64,000 nt of DNA, taken from positions 21,365-85,364 of the forward strand of contig JBBRPO010000017.1 in the NCBI GenBank assembly GCA_038227865.1, read 5' to 3'. The notes beneath the pieces were generated by a model. It was not told the DNA's origin and did no database searches. It was given only the letters and a program-made list of their open reading frames with translations. The DNA is from Caulobacterales bacterium (lineage in GTDB: Bacteria > Pseudomonadota > Alphaproteobacteria > Caulobacterales > Caulobacteraceae). A program made the translations under genes and the position numbers. Below are positions 9,908 through 19,257 of the stretch, one piece after another (position 1 is the first letter of the stretch; the number at the start of each line of letters is the position of its first letter).

Positions 9908-12353
9908 AGCGCAGCGCTCCGACGGGCTTGGCCCGCGCCACCCGCAGCGCGTGGGCGAACACGGTCGCTACGGCAATGACCAGGGCCGCGGCCGCGGCCG
10001 CGGCGAAGGTCCAGGGCGCCAGGTCGACATGGTAGGCGAAGCCGCCCAGCCAGCCGCCGAGGACCATATAGCTGACGGGCCAGGCGATCAGATTGGCCCA
10101 CAGCACCGGCTTGGTAAACTGCCAGACCAGCAGCCGCAGAATGTCGCTCGTATCGGCGCCCATGGCCTTGCGGATGCCGATCTCCTTGGTGCGCCGCTCC
10201 GTCGTATAGGCGGAAAGGGCGAACAGGCCGAGCGCCGCGACCGAGAGGGCGACGACCGCGGCGATGGTGATCAGCGCGCCCTGGACGACGGTGTCGATAT
10301 AGAGCCGCAGGGTGAAAATGGCGACGAAGGCGCGTTGAATCGGCGCGTCGCCCTCGATCCGTTTCCACACCCGGTCGATTCCCTGAAGGGTCTCGGGAAT
10401 GCGGCGGCCGTCGAGCTTCGCGTTCAGGGCGACCGCATAGTACGAGACCTTCGGGCCGACCATGAACATGGTCGACTCGATCGGAGCGCGCATCGAACCG
10501 AAGGTGAAGTCCGGAACGACGCCGATGATCTCGGAGGGACGCGACGGATCCTTGCCGAAGGCGGTGTTGGGATCGGTATGGAAGTGCCATGTGATCGAGT
10601 GTCCCACGGCCGCCTGTGGCGACTTGAAGCCGAGTTTTTTCGAGGCCGTCTCATTGATCACGACGGGCGGGTTGACCTCTGAGCCGGCGACGAAGCCGTC
10701 GCTCGGCCGGCCTCGTTCGAACAGGCGCCCTGCCAGCGGCCGGACGCTGTAGACTTCGAAGAAACCGAAATCCACCGGCGCGATGTCAAGGGCTTCGTGC
10801 CTGCCGCCGACAATGGTGTCGTCGATGGTGTTGGCCATGTTGAGCGCCATGGCCGAGGCGCAGGCGGCTTTCCGCACGCCCGGAACGGTGAGTATCGCGT
10901 CCCGCAGCCGGTCGGTGCATGGGCTGGCGGCGATGAACAGGACCTGGTCCTTGTCGAGCCGCATGCCCTGGTTGAGGGCGTAGTAGGTCTGGCGCGCGAT
11001 GGTCACAGCCCCGATGACCAGCCCGATCAGGACCGCGAACTGAACGACCACCAGGACCTGCCGCACGACCCCGCCGCCGGCGACCTGGGGAAGCCCGCCC
11101 TTGAGCACCGTCGCCGGCGGGAACGACGAGAGCACCAGAGCGGGATAGGCGCCGGCCAGCAGGGCGACGAGCACGGTCGCGCCGGCGATCCCGCAGGCCA
11201 GCATCGGGTCGCTGGCGTAGTCGAAGGTCATGCGTCGCTGCAGCAGGGCGTTGAAGGCCGGCAACAGCAGTTCGCCCATGGCGATGGCGACGACGACGGC
11301 GAACACCACATAAAGAAAGGCCTCGCCCATGAACTGGACGACGAGGTCGCGCCGGGACGCGCCGGCGGCCTTGCGGACGCCGACCTCGACCGCGCGCCGC
11401 CCGGCCCGAGCGGTCATCAGGGTGATGAAATTGATCGCCGCCACCAGCACGACGAGGACGCCCACCCCGGCGATGCCGGCGATCACCGTCCGGTCGCCGG
11501 CGGGCTTGAAGGCGCCCTGGGTGGAGGGTCGCAGGTGGATGGCGGTCAGCGGAACGAGGTGGATGAACACCTTGGTGTTCGCCCAGGTCGCGTTGATACG
11601 CCCCAGGGGGTAGTGTCGATCCACGAATGCGGGGAGTTGTGGCTCGAGGGTCGAGACCGACGCTCGAGGCCGTAAGCGGACATAGGTCGCGACCACGTTG
11701 TTGAGCGGGGTGTCCACCTGTTCGTAGTGTGTCAGCGCGCTGTAGGGGGAGCGGCCCGACGCGAACATGTCGGCGGTCAGGTGGGTGTTCGACGGCAGGT
11801 CCTTGATGACCGCGGTCACGCGCATCGGATGCTTGTCGATCAGCAGGGTCTCACCGATCGGGGTATCCCGCCCGAAGTATTTGCGGGCGACGGACCGGGT
11901 CAGCACGATGCCGTCGGGCGCGTCGAGGGCGCCCGCCAGATCGCCGGCGATCGTCGGCAGCGGCATGATGCGGAAGAAGTCCGGGTCGGCCCAGGCGAGG
12001 TTCGCCTCCGCCGCCGAGAAGTTCCCCCGCTGCACCGACGGCGGAAAGTTGCCTGCCGACAGCCTGGCGGCGAATTGCACCTGCGGGAAATCGAGCTTGA
12101 GCGCGGGGGCCACCATCATCGGCGTCGAGTCCGACTCGATGGGCCGCTCGCCGATGTTGAGAAGGCTCTCCGAGACCCGGTAGACCTGGGTGTTTCCGGG
12201 GACGAAGCGGTCGTAGCTATACTCGTCCCGCACGAACAGGGCGATCAGCATCGCCGCGGCGAAGCCGATGGCCAGGCCGGTGATGGTCACGCCGGCATAG
12301 AGACGGTTGCGCGCCAGGTTGCGCAGGGCCGCCGCGAAGTAGTTTCGGAACAT
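9900..12353 (-). CDS. MacB-like duplicated ABC transporter permease
   Basis: Two FtsX-like repeats (EVGVRKAAGA, EIGIRKAMGA) with large periplasmic domains. Confidence 0.92.
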   Translation of the reverse strand: MFRNYFAAALRNLARNRLYAGVTITGLAIGFAAAMLIALFVRDEYSYDRFVPGNTQVYRVSESLLNIGERPIESDSTPMMVAPALKLDFPQVQFAARLSAGNFPPSVQRGNFSAAEANLAWADPDFFRIMPLPTIAGDLAGALDAPDGIVLTRSVARKYFGRDTPIGETLLIDKHPMRVTAVIKDLPSNTHLTADMFASGRSPYSALTHYEQVDTPLNNVVATYVRLRPRASVSTLEPQLPAFVDRHYPLGRINATWANTKVFIHLVPLTAIHLRPSTQGAFKPAGDRTVIAGIAGVGVLVVLVAAINFITLMTARAGRRAVEVGVRKAAGASRRDLVVQFMGEAFLYVVFAVVVAIAMGELLLPAFNALLQRRMTFDYASDPMLACGIAGATVLVALLAGAYPALVLSSFPPATVLKGGLPQVAGGGVVRQVLVVVQFAVLIGLVIGAVTIARQTYYALNQGMRLDKDQVLFIAASPCTDRLRDAILTVPGVRKAACASAMALNMANTIDDTIVGGRHEALDIAPVDFGFFEVYSVRPLAGRLFERGRPSDGFVAGSEVNPPVVINETASKKLGFKSPQAAVGHSITWHFHTDPNTAFGKDPSRPSEIIGVVPDFTFGSMRAPIESTMFMVGPKVSYYAVALNAKLDGRRIPETLQGIDRVWKRIEGDAPIQRAFVAIFTLRLYIDTVVQGALITIAAVVALSVAALGLFALSAYTTERRTKEIGIRKAMGADTSDILRLLVWQFTKPVLWANLIAWPVSYMVLGGWLGGFAYHVDLAPWTFAAAAAAALVIAVATVFAHALRVARAKPVGALRYE

Positions 12354-12365
12354 CGGTCTCGCTCC

Positions 12366-13046
12366 CTAAGCGGCCAGAAGGGTTTCGCTGACGACGCGGC
12401 CGTCGAGCAGCTTGATCGATCGCTGCGCCAGCGCGGCGTGGGCAAGCGAGTGGGTCACCATCACCACCGTGACGCCGTCTTGCGCGGCCTGGGTCAGCAG
12501 CGCCATCACCGCCTCGCCATTGGCGGTGTCGAGGTTTCCGGTCGGCTCGTCGGCCAGGATCAGCTTCGGCCGCGAGACCAGCGCGCGGGCGATGGCGACC
12601 CGTTGCTGCTGCCCGCCGGAGAGCTGTTGCGGCCGGTGGCCGGCGCGATGAGCGATACCGACCCGTTCCAGCGCTTCGGCGACCCGGCGCTTGCGCTCGC
12701 CCCCGACGTCCCGGCGATAGATCAGCGCCACCTCGACATTCTCGGCCACCGTCAGGTCGTCAATCAGGTTGAAGCTCTGGAACACGAACCCCAGGTGGTC
12801 GCGGCGCAGCCGGGTCAGGGTCTTCTCGGGATACCCGGCGACGTCTTCGCCGAAGAACTCGTAGACACCGCTGGTCGGGCTATCGAGCAGACCCAGCACA
12901 TTGAGCAAGGTGGACTTGCCGCATCCGGACGGCCCCATGATGGCGACGAATTCGCCCGCCGCGATCTCCAACGAAACCTCATTCAACGCCAGCGTCTCGA
13001 CATCCGTCGTCCTGTAGGTCTTGTAGACACTCGTCAGTTTCAACAT
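12366..13046 (-). CDS. ABC transporter ATP-binding protein (MacB/LolD type)
   Basis: Walker A GPSGCGKST, LSGGQQQRV, ADEPTGNLD; ATG at 13046 with GGGAGG SD. Confidence 0.95.
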   Translation of the reverse strand: MLKLTSVYKTYRTTDVETLALNEVSLEIAAGEFVAIMGPSGCGKSTLLNVLGLLDSPTSGVYEFFGEDVAGYPEKTLTRLRRDHLGFVFQSFNLIDDLTVAENVEVALIYRRDVGGERKRRVAEALERVGIAHRAGHRPQQLSGGQQQRVAIARALVSRPKLILADEPTGNLDTANGEAVMALLTQAAQDGVTVVMVTHSLAHAALAQRSIKLLDGRVVSETLLAA

Positions 13047-13058
13047 TTCCAAGCCTCC

Positions 13059-14330
13059 CTAGTTGGCCAGATTGACGCGATCGACTTTTTCGAAGCCGGT
13101 GTAGTCGGAGGTGATGACCCGATCGCCGGGCTTCAGGCCGCTCAAGATCTCGACCTGTTCGGCGTTGCGCCCTGCGATCTTGACGCGCCGCCGCTGCGCG
13201 AAGCGGCCGCTCGGGTCGGCCACCATCACCCAGTCGCCGCCGGAGCGCTCCAGGAAGGCGCCGGCCGGCAGGATCAGCGCCGGCCGGTCGCCGCCCAGCG
13301 AAAGCTTGCCCTCCACCGCCTGCCCTGGCCGCAGGCCGTTCGGCGTCGGCCCCGCGAAGGCGAGATCGAGGGTGAAGACGCCGTCCTTGACCTGTGGATA
13401 GACGCGCTCGGCGCGGAGCTTCCAGGTGCGGCCGTCGATGTCGACATCGGCGCTCTGACCGATCCGAACCCGCCCGAGATAGAATTCGTCGATGGTCGCG
13501 GTCACTTTGAAACCGGTGGCAGGCACGATCTCGCCCAGCCGATCGCCGCGATTGTGGTTTTCGCCGACGTTCTGAATGATGTCCGTGAGCTGGCCGTTGA
13601 CGGGAGCCTTGACCACCAGGTTGTCGAGCTTGCCATGGGTGACGGTGAGGCTGCGGCGCAGGCTGACCAGTTCGGCGCGGATCGCGGGAAGCTGCCTCAG
13701 CCGCAGGGCTTCCTCGCGGGCGCTGGTCCGGGCCTGCAGTGGACGAAGGCGCCGGTTGTAGTCGAGCTCGTCGCGCAACTGGTCGCTGGTCTCCACCGGG
13801 ATCGAGCCGTCGGCCGACAGCTCGCGCCGGCGGTCGGCCGCCCGGCTGAGTCGGACGATGTCGTAGTCGATCTGGACGATCGCCTTCTCGTTGGCGAGCC
13901 GGCCGTCCTCGAGTTGCTTCTCGTAGGACTGCAGCTGGGTGATCGACTCGACCAGCCGGCCTTCGCGGTCGAGCACGTCCAGTTCCAATTCGGTGTTGCG
14001 GAAGGCGATCAACGGCTGGCCGGCGGTCACCATGTCGCCGCCCCGCGCCATCACGCGCTGAACCTGACCGCCCTCCTCGGCGTCGAGATAGATGATGTCG
14101 TGCGGAACGACCTTCCCCCGCAGCGGCGTCAAGTCGTGGAACACGCCGCTCTGGACGGTGTCGATGGTCACCGTTGCGGCCGGGACGCGCACGGCGCGTT
14201 GCGTCGCCCCGAAGAAGCCCGCGCCGAGGTAGACGGCCACGCCCAGTCCCGCGACCAGCGCGACGCCCAGCAGCGTCCGCCGGCTGCGCCATCTCGACCG
14301 CGGAACCTTCCGGTCCATGTCCGTGCTCAT
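13059..14330 (-). CDS. Efflux periplasmic adaptor subunit (HlyD/MacA family)
   Basis: N-terminal TM helix, lipoyl-like halves, coiled coil, GLKPGDRVI. Confidence 0.9.
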   Translation of the reverse strand: MSTDMDRKVPRSRWRSRRTLLGVALVAGLGVAVYLGAGFFGATQRAVRVPAATVTIDTVQSGVFHDLTPLRGKVVPHDIIYLDAEEGGQVQRVMARGGDMVTAGQPLIAFRNTELELDVLDREGRLVESITQLQSYEKQLEDGRLANEKAIVQIDYDIVRLSRAADRRRELSADGSIPVETSDQLRDELDYNRRLRPLQARTSAREEALRLRQLPAIRAELVSLRRSLTVTHGKLDNLVVKAPVNGQLTDIIQNVGENHNRGDRLGEIVPATGFKVTATIDEFYLGRVRIGQSADVDIDGRTWKLRAERVYPQVKDGVFTLDLAFAGPTPNGLRPGQAVEGKLSLGGDRPALILPAGAFLERSGGDWVMVADPSGRFAQRRRVKIAGRNAEQVEILSGLKPGDRVITSDYTGFEKVDRVNLAN

Positions 14331-14434
14331 GGGTGTCCTCCAACACCCCCAACTATGAAGCGAGATCGTCTCGAAAAAAAATTGCTCCAAATCAATTAGT
14401 TAGACGATTCTTGAACTCGGCCTCGGCCTCGAGG

Positions 14435-14450
14435 TGTCCGGGAACGGACA
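14435..14450. promoter_or_regulatory. Perfect inverted repeat TGTCCG-N4-CGGACA, candidate response-regulator operator
   Basis: Lies between the divergent exporter operon and the response regulator. Confidence 0.5.
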
Positions 14451-14498
14451 GGCAGACTTCGGTAGGCGCCTCGACCTGACTACGTTAGCCTGCGGTTC

Positions 14499-15056
14499 AT
14501 GGTCGGTTCCGTTCTGGTGGTCGATGATGACCGCGACGTTCTGCACGCGGCGCGGCTTGCGCTGGCGCGGGAGGTCGGGCGGGTCGAGACGTCCATGGCG
14601 GCGGACGGCCTGGAGGACCTGCTCGCCTCGGACGCCTACGAGGCGGTTCTACTCGACATGAATTTCGCGCTCGGAGATCACAGCGGTCGGCAGGGCTTAA
14701 ATCAGCTGGAGCGCGTCCGGGCCTTCGATCCACACCTGTCGGTGGTGCTTATGACGGCGTTCGGCGGGGTCTCGCTGGCCGTCGAGGCGCTCAAGCGGGG
14801 CGCCGTGGACTTTGTCCTGAAGCCATGGCGCAACGAAAAGCTCATCGCGACGGTGCGCGCCGCCGCCGAGCTGACGCGCTCCAGGCGCGCGGTGGACGCC
14901 AGCTTCGACTTGGACACCGCCGAGCGGGCGGCGATCCAGCGGGCGCTCGCCCACCACAAGGGCAATATCTCCCGGGCCGCCGCCAGCCTTGGTCTCACGC
15001 GACCGGCGCTCTATCGGCGACTGGCCCGTCATGGACTCTCGAATGACGGACCCTAG
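14499..15056 (+). CDS. Response regulator with REC plus Fis-type HTH and no AAA+ domain
   Basis: VLVVDDD, LLDMNF, FVLKPW, then directly NISRAAASLGLTRPALYRRL; 185 aa. Confidence 0.9.
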   Translation: MVGSVLVVDDDRDVLHAARLALAREVGRVETSMAADGLEDLLASDAYEAVLLDMNFALGDHSGRQGLNQLERVRAFDPHLSVVLMTAFGGVSLAVEALKRGAVDFVLKPWRNEKLIATVRAAAELTRSRRAVDASFDLDTAERAAIQRALAHHKGNISRAAASLGLTRPALYRRLARHGLSNDGP

Positions 15057-16452
15057 CGGCAGGGGCGCCGGCGGCTTCGCGGCAGGCGTCTGGGTCCGCG
15101 CCGTGCTGATCGGCGCGCTGGCGTTCGGCGCCATCAGCGTCGCGGCGCTCCACCTGTACGCGACGGCGCTGGTCCTCGGCGGCGCGACCGTCGTCCTGGG
15201 TCTGGAGCTCGCGCGCCGGGCCGACGCCACCGACCGGCTGCTGGCTCAGCTGGTCACCGGCCTGACGGCCGAGGGCAATGAGCGACCGACGGCGTCTCCG
15301 GGCCTGCGGCGGCTTGGCGGCGCGATCGAACGCGCGTTCAATCTGTTCGGTCGCGCCCGTGTCGAGCGCCAGCAGCGGATCGATTTCGCCGAGGCCCTGG
15401 CCGACAATGTCCTGGCCGCCCTGCTCGTGGTAAATGAGGCGGGATCGGTCGTTCACGCCAATCGCGCCGCGCATCGGCTCGTCGGGGAGGCGAGCGGCCC
15501 CCTCGACCGGCTACCGGCGTTCGGCCCGCAGACCGCCCGCCGCCTCCTGGGCCTGGCGTCGGGCGGGAGGGAAATCGTGCGACTGGCCAACGGCCAGTCC
15601 GTGCTGGCGTCGATGAGCCTGTTCTCGACGCCCGGTCGCGCGCCCCTTCGCCTCATCGCCCTGCAAAGCCTCGCCAGCGATCTCGACGCCGTGGTGCTCA
15701 AGTCCTGGCAGGACCTGGTGCGGGTGCTGGCGCATGAGATGATGAACTCGCTCACGCCGATCTGTTCGCTGAGCGACAGCGTGGCCACGCGTCTGCGACG
15801 TTCGCCGGAGGAGGGTGGCGCGCCGGGCGAGTACCTGGCGGATGTCGCCGAGGCGGTGGAGGTCATCGCGCGACGTAGCGCGGGTCTGATGAACTTCGTC
15901 GAACGCTATCGCAAGCTGGCCGAGACGCCCGCCGCCGTCAAGACCCCGATGATGATGAGCCGGTTTGTCGGCGCTCTCGACCGGCTCATGACCCCATTGA
16001 TGAGCGCGGCCGGCGTCGACTACGCCAGCGAGGTCGAGCCGGCCGACCTGGTGGTGGAGGCCGACGCCGATCTCATCGAACAAGCGATGATCAACCTGTT
16101 GAAGAACGCGCTCGACGCGGTGTCGGGGCGGCCGGGAGCCATGATCCGACTGGGCTGCCGGCTCAATGACGACCATGTCGCCATGACCGTCGAAGACAAC
16201 GGTCCGGGCCTCGTCTGCGACGATGCCGAGATGGCGTTCGTCCCCTTCTTCACCACCAAGGCGGATGGTTCGGGGGTCGGCCTGACCCTGGCCCGCCAGA
16301 TCGCGCTCGCCCACGATGGCCGGATCGAGCACATGCGCCGGGCGCCCACCGGCGCGGTGTTCCGGCTGCTCCTGCCGCTCGGTCGTCCTGTCTCCCGTCT
16401 GACCAGGGAGGCGAACGCCAAGGACGTGCGGGCGGGAAGCGGTTCGGAGTGA
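15043..16452 (+). CDS. PAS-containing sensor histidine kinase
   Basis: Two TM helices; LAHEMMNSLTPI H-box, NLLKNA, DNGPG, FFTTK, GSGVGL. Confidence 0.92.
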   Translation: MTDPSGRGAGGFAAGVWVRAVLIGALAFGAISVAALHLYATALVLGGATVVLGLELARRADATDRLLAQLVTGLTAEGNERPTASPGLRRLGGAIERAFNLFGRARVERQQRIDFAEALADNVLAALLVVNEAGSVVHANRAAHRLVGEASGPLDRLPAFGPQTARRLLGLASGGREIVRLANGQSVLASMSLFSTPGRAPLRLIALQSLASDLDAVVLKSWQDLVRVLAHEMMNSLTPICSLSDSVATRLRRSPEEGGAPGEYLADVAEAVEVIARRSAGLMNFVERYRKLAETPAAVKTPMMMSRFVGALDRLMTPLMSAAGVDYASEVEPADLVVEADADLIEQAMINLLKNALDAVSGRPGAMIRLGCRLNDDHVAMTVEDNGPGLVCDDAEMAFVPFFTTKADGSGVGLTLARQIALAHDGRIEHMRRAPTGAVFRLLLPLGRPVSRLTREANAKDVRAGSGSE

Positions 16453-16516
16453 TTGGAGCCAGGCCCTTGATCGCCTACACCAGCGCTTGCTGAGTCCACA
16501 TCAAGGAGCATCCACC

Positions 16517-16945
16517 ATGGCGACGCCGCCGGCCCATTGGCTGATGAAGTCCGAACCGGTGAAATACGGCTTCGACGATCTGGTCCGTGACGGCCACACG
16601 GTCTGGGACGGCGTACGCAACAACCAGGCGGCGCTCTATCTGAAAGCGATGAAGATCGGCGACCGCGCCTTCTTCTACCATTCCAACGAGGGCCTGGCGG
16701 CGGTCGGCGTCGCCGAGGTCTCCAAGGAGGCTTTCCTCGATCCGACCGATCCCAAGGGGCGGTTCGTGGCGGTGGAAATCTCGCCGGTGCGGGCGCTGAA
16801 ACAGCCGGTTACCTTGGCCCAGATGAAGGTGGAACCCCGGCTGGCCGGCATGGCGATGTTCCGGCAGTTCCGCCTGTCGGTGGCGCCAGTGACGCCGGAG
16901 GAATGGGCGACCATCCTCGAAATGGCCGGCGATAGCGGTCTCTGA
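16517..16945 (+). CDS. EVE domain protein
   Basis: HWLMKSEP, WDGVRNNQA, FFYHS, RLSVAPVT; AAGGAG SD. Confidence 0.92.
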   Translation: MATPPAHWLMKSEPVKYGFDDLVRDGHTVWDGVRNNQAALYLKAMKIGDRAFFYHSNEGLAAVGVAEVSKEAFLDPTDPKGRFVAVEISPVRALKQPVTLAQMKVEPRLAGMAMFRQFRLSVAPVTPEEWATILEMAGDSGL

Positions 16946-17014
16946 GGCCGAGCCGGCGTTCACAAAACCGATGGATGGCCGTGCTATCCCGTTCGATCGT
17001 CGCCTGGAGTCCAA

Positions 17015-18340
17015 ATGCGCCTGCTCACCCTCGCCATGGCCGCCCTGACGCTTTTTGCTCTTCCGGCCCTGGCGGCCCCGGTCCTGATGATTTCCATCGA
17101 CGGCCTTCGCCCCGGCGATATCACCCAGGCCGATAGTCGGGGGCTTAAGGTTCCCACCCTGCGGTCTCTGTCCGCCGAAGGCGCCTATGCCGAGGGGGTG
17201 CGCGGGGTATTGCCGACCCTGACCTATCCCAGCCACACCACTTTGATCACCGGTGTCTGGCCGTCGCGCCATGGCATCGCTAACAACCTGACCTTCGATC
17301 CCTACGCCAAGAACCAGGGCGGCTGGTACTGGTATGCGGAGGACATCAAGGTTCCCACCCTCTGGGACGCGGCCCACGCGGCGGGTTTGAAGGTCGCCAA
17401 TGTACACTGGCCGGTCAGCGTCGGGGCGCGGTCGATCGACCTCAACCTGCCGCAGCTGTGGCGCAACGGCCAGAACGATGACCGCAAGCTCAATCGGGCG
17501 CTCGCGACGGTTGGCCTGACCGAGCGGCTGGAGAGCGTCCTCGGGCCCTACGCCGACGGCATCGACGAGAGCGTCGAGGGCGACGAGGTCCGGGTGCGGT
17601 TCGCCACCAGGCTGATCTCCGAAGAAAAGCCCGGCTTCAGCACCGTCTACCTGACCGGGCTCGACCACGTTCAGCACCTGTTCGGGCCCGATACGCCCCA
17701 GGCCCACGCCGCGCTGGAGCGGATCGACGCGGCGGTCGGGACGCTGGTCGCGGCGGCGCGGGCCGCCCAGCCGGAGCTGATCGTGGTGGTGGTTTCCGAC
17801 CACGGCTTCGCGCCGGTCAGCCATGACGTCAACCTGACCGGAGCCTTTGTGAAGGCCGGGCTGATCAGTCTGGACCCCACCGGCCACGAGATCACCGGCT
17901 GGGAGGCGACTCCCTGGTTCGCCGGCGGTTCGGCTCAGATCGTGCTGGCGCGGCCGAGTGATGCGGTGCTGCGCGGGCGAGTCGAAGCCCTGCTGGGCCA
18001 GCTGGCCGCCGACCCGGCCTTGGGCATCGATCACGTGGCGCGGGGTGATGAAATCGCGCGGCTCGGCGGTTCGCCCGAAGCGCAATATATGGTCGCCTTC
18101 AAGATCGGCTACGAGGCTGGAAAGGACCGGCTGGCGCCGCTGGTCGGGCCGTCGCCCGTCAGGGGCATGCACGGCTATTTCCCCGCCGCTCCTGAGATGC
18201 GCTCGACCTTCATCGTCGCCGGCCCAGGCGTGAAGGCGCGCGGATCGCTCGGCGAGATCGACATGCGGGACATCGCCCCCACCGTCGCGCGGCTGCTGGG
18301 CGCCGCCCTGCCCACCGCCGATGGCAAGCCACTGTTCTGA
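17015..18340 (+). CDS. Alkaline phosphatase superfamily nucleotide pyrophosphatase/phosphodiesterase (secreted)
   Basis: Signal peptide; ISIDG, TLTYPSHTTLITG, DHVQH, SDHG, GMHGY. Confidence 0.9.
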   Translation: MRLLTLAMAALTLFALPALAAPVLMISIDGLRPGDITQADSRGLKVPTLRSLSAEGAYAEGVRGVLPTLTYPSHTTLITGVWPSRHGIANNLTFDPYAKNQGGWYWYAEDIKVPTLWDAAHAAGLKVANVHWPVSVGARSIDLNLPQLWRNGQNDDRKLNRALATVGLTERLESVLGPYADGIDESVEGDEVRVRFATRLISEEKPGFSTVYLTGLDHVQHLFGPDTPQAHAALERIDAAVGTLVAAARAAQPELIVVVVSDHGFAPVSHDVNLTGAFVKAGLISLDPTGHEITGWEATPWFAGGSAQIVLARPSDAVLRGRVEALLGQLAADPALGIDHVARGDEIARLGGSPEAQYMVAFKIGYEAGKDRLAPLVGPSPVRGMHGYFPAAPEMRSTFIVAGPGVKARGSLGEIDMRDIAPTVARLLGAALPTADGKPLF

Positions 18341-18345
18341 AGGGA

Positions 18346-19257
18346 TCATCGCGTGCCGAAGGCGGGGCGTAGCAGACGTAGTTCTTCCTTTGGGATGACG
18401 TCGACCTCGACCTTGAGGGTCTGTTTGCCGGGGGCGAGGATGATGCCGTCGATCGGGGCGACGTCGGAATAGTCGCGGCCCGACGCCAGGACGACGTGGT
18501 CGTCCTGTACCATGATATCGTTGGTGGGATCGAAGCCGATCCAGCCGCTTTCCTCGCCGCACCAGAGCGAAATCCAGGCGTGGGTGGCGTCGGCGCCCGC
18601 TAGTCTCGGACGGCCCGGCGGTGGAATGGTGCGCAGATAGCCGCTGACATAGCGGACCGGCAGGCCGAGGCCCCGAAGGCCACAGATCATGATGTGGGCG
18701 AAGTCCTGGCAGACGCCGCGCCGGGCCTCGAAGGATTCGGCGGGGGCGGTGGAGACGTCGGTGGCCTTGGAATCATAGGTGAAGTCGGCCCTGATGCGGC
18801 CCATCAGGTCGCTGGCGGCGTTGAGCACTCCGCGGCCCTTCCAGAAGCTTGTCCGGGCATAGTCGGTGATGGCGCCGACCAGCGGTGTACGCGCCGAGGG
18901 ATATGTGAAGCTGGCCGGCCCGAGCGGTCCCATGTCGCTGGTTTCCAGGCATCGGGCGCGCACCGACTCCCAAGGCGCGCCGAAATCCAGGCGGGCCGGC
19001 GGGTTGTGAACGTCGACCAGCGCCTGGGCCTCGATCACCAGGGCCTTGTGCGGGGTTTCGATCACCACGGTGCGGGTCGATTCGCCAAACGGTCCGATGC
19101 GGTCGAAACTGCTCGACGGTTCGGGCGTGACCGAAAGGCTGGACTCCAGAACCGTCTGGGTGGCCGAGGAACCCGGCCTTAGCCGCAGCACGCAACGGGC
19201 GAAGGTGACCTCGGCCTCGTAGCGATAGGTGGTCCTGTGTCGAACCGCATAAATCAT
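18346..19257 (-). CDS. Transglutaminase-like protein (Bact_transglu_N plus core)
   Basis: YAVRHRTTYRY, GVCQDFAH, ATHAW, GFDPTN, GRDYSDVAP. Confidence 0.93.
   Translation of the reverse strand: MIYAVRHRTTYRYEAEVTFARCVLRLRPGSSATQTVLESSLSVTPEPSSSFDRIGPFGESTRTVVIETPHKALVIEAQALVDVHNPPARLDFGAPWESVRARCLETSDMGPLGPASFTYPSARTPLVGAITDYARTSFWKGRGVLNAASDLMGRIRADFTYDSKATDVSTAPAESFEARRGVCQDFAHIMICGLRGLGLPVRYVSGYLRTIPPPGRPRLAGADATHAWISLWCGEESGWIGFDPTNDIMVQDDHVVLASGRDYSDVAPIDGIILAPGKQTLKVEVDVIPKEELRLLRPAFGTR

Noticed and set aside
14371-14392. Possible relic sigma54 promoter (minus strand TTGGAGCAATTTTTTTT)
   Set aside because: Lacks the GC at -12 at the required GG-N10-GC spacing; resemblance only.
11727-14399. 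890-aa plus-strand ORF
   Set aside because: Antisense shadow of the exporter genes in high-GC DNA; no recognisable motifs. The same applies to 21003-23756, 40532-42763, 16475-18562, 45655-47475 and the many other Arg/Gly/Pro-rich overlapping ORFs.
16517-16945. EVE protein as part of a modification-dependent restriction system
   Set aside because: Stand-alone EVE with no nuclease or other defence gene adjacent; looks like the ordinary widespread form.
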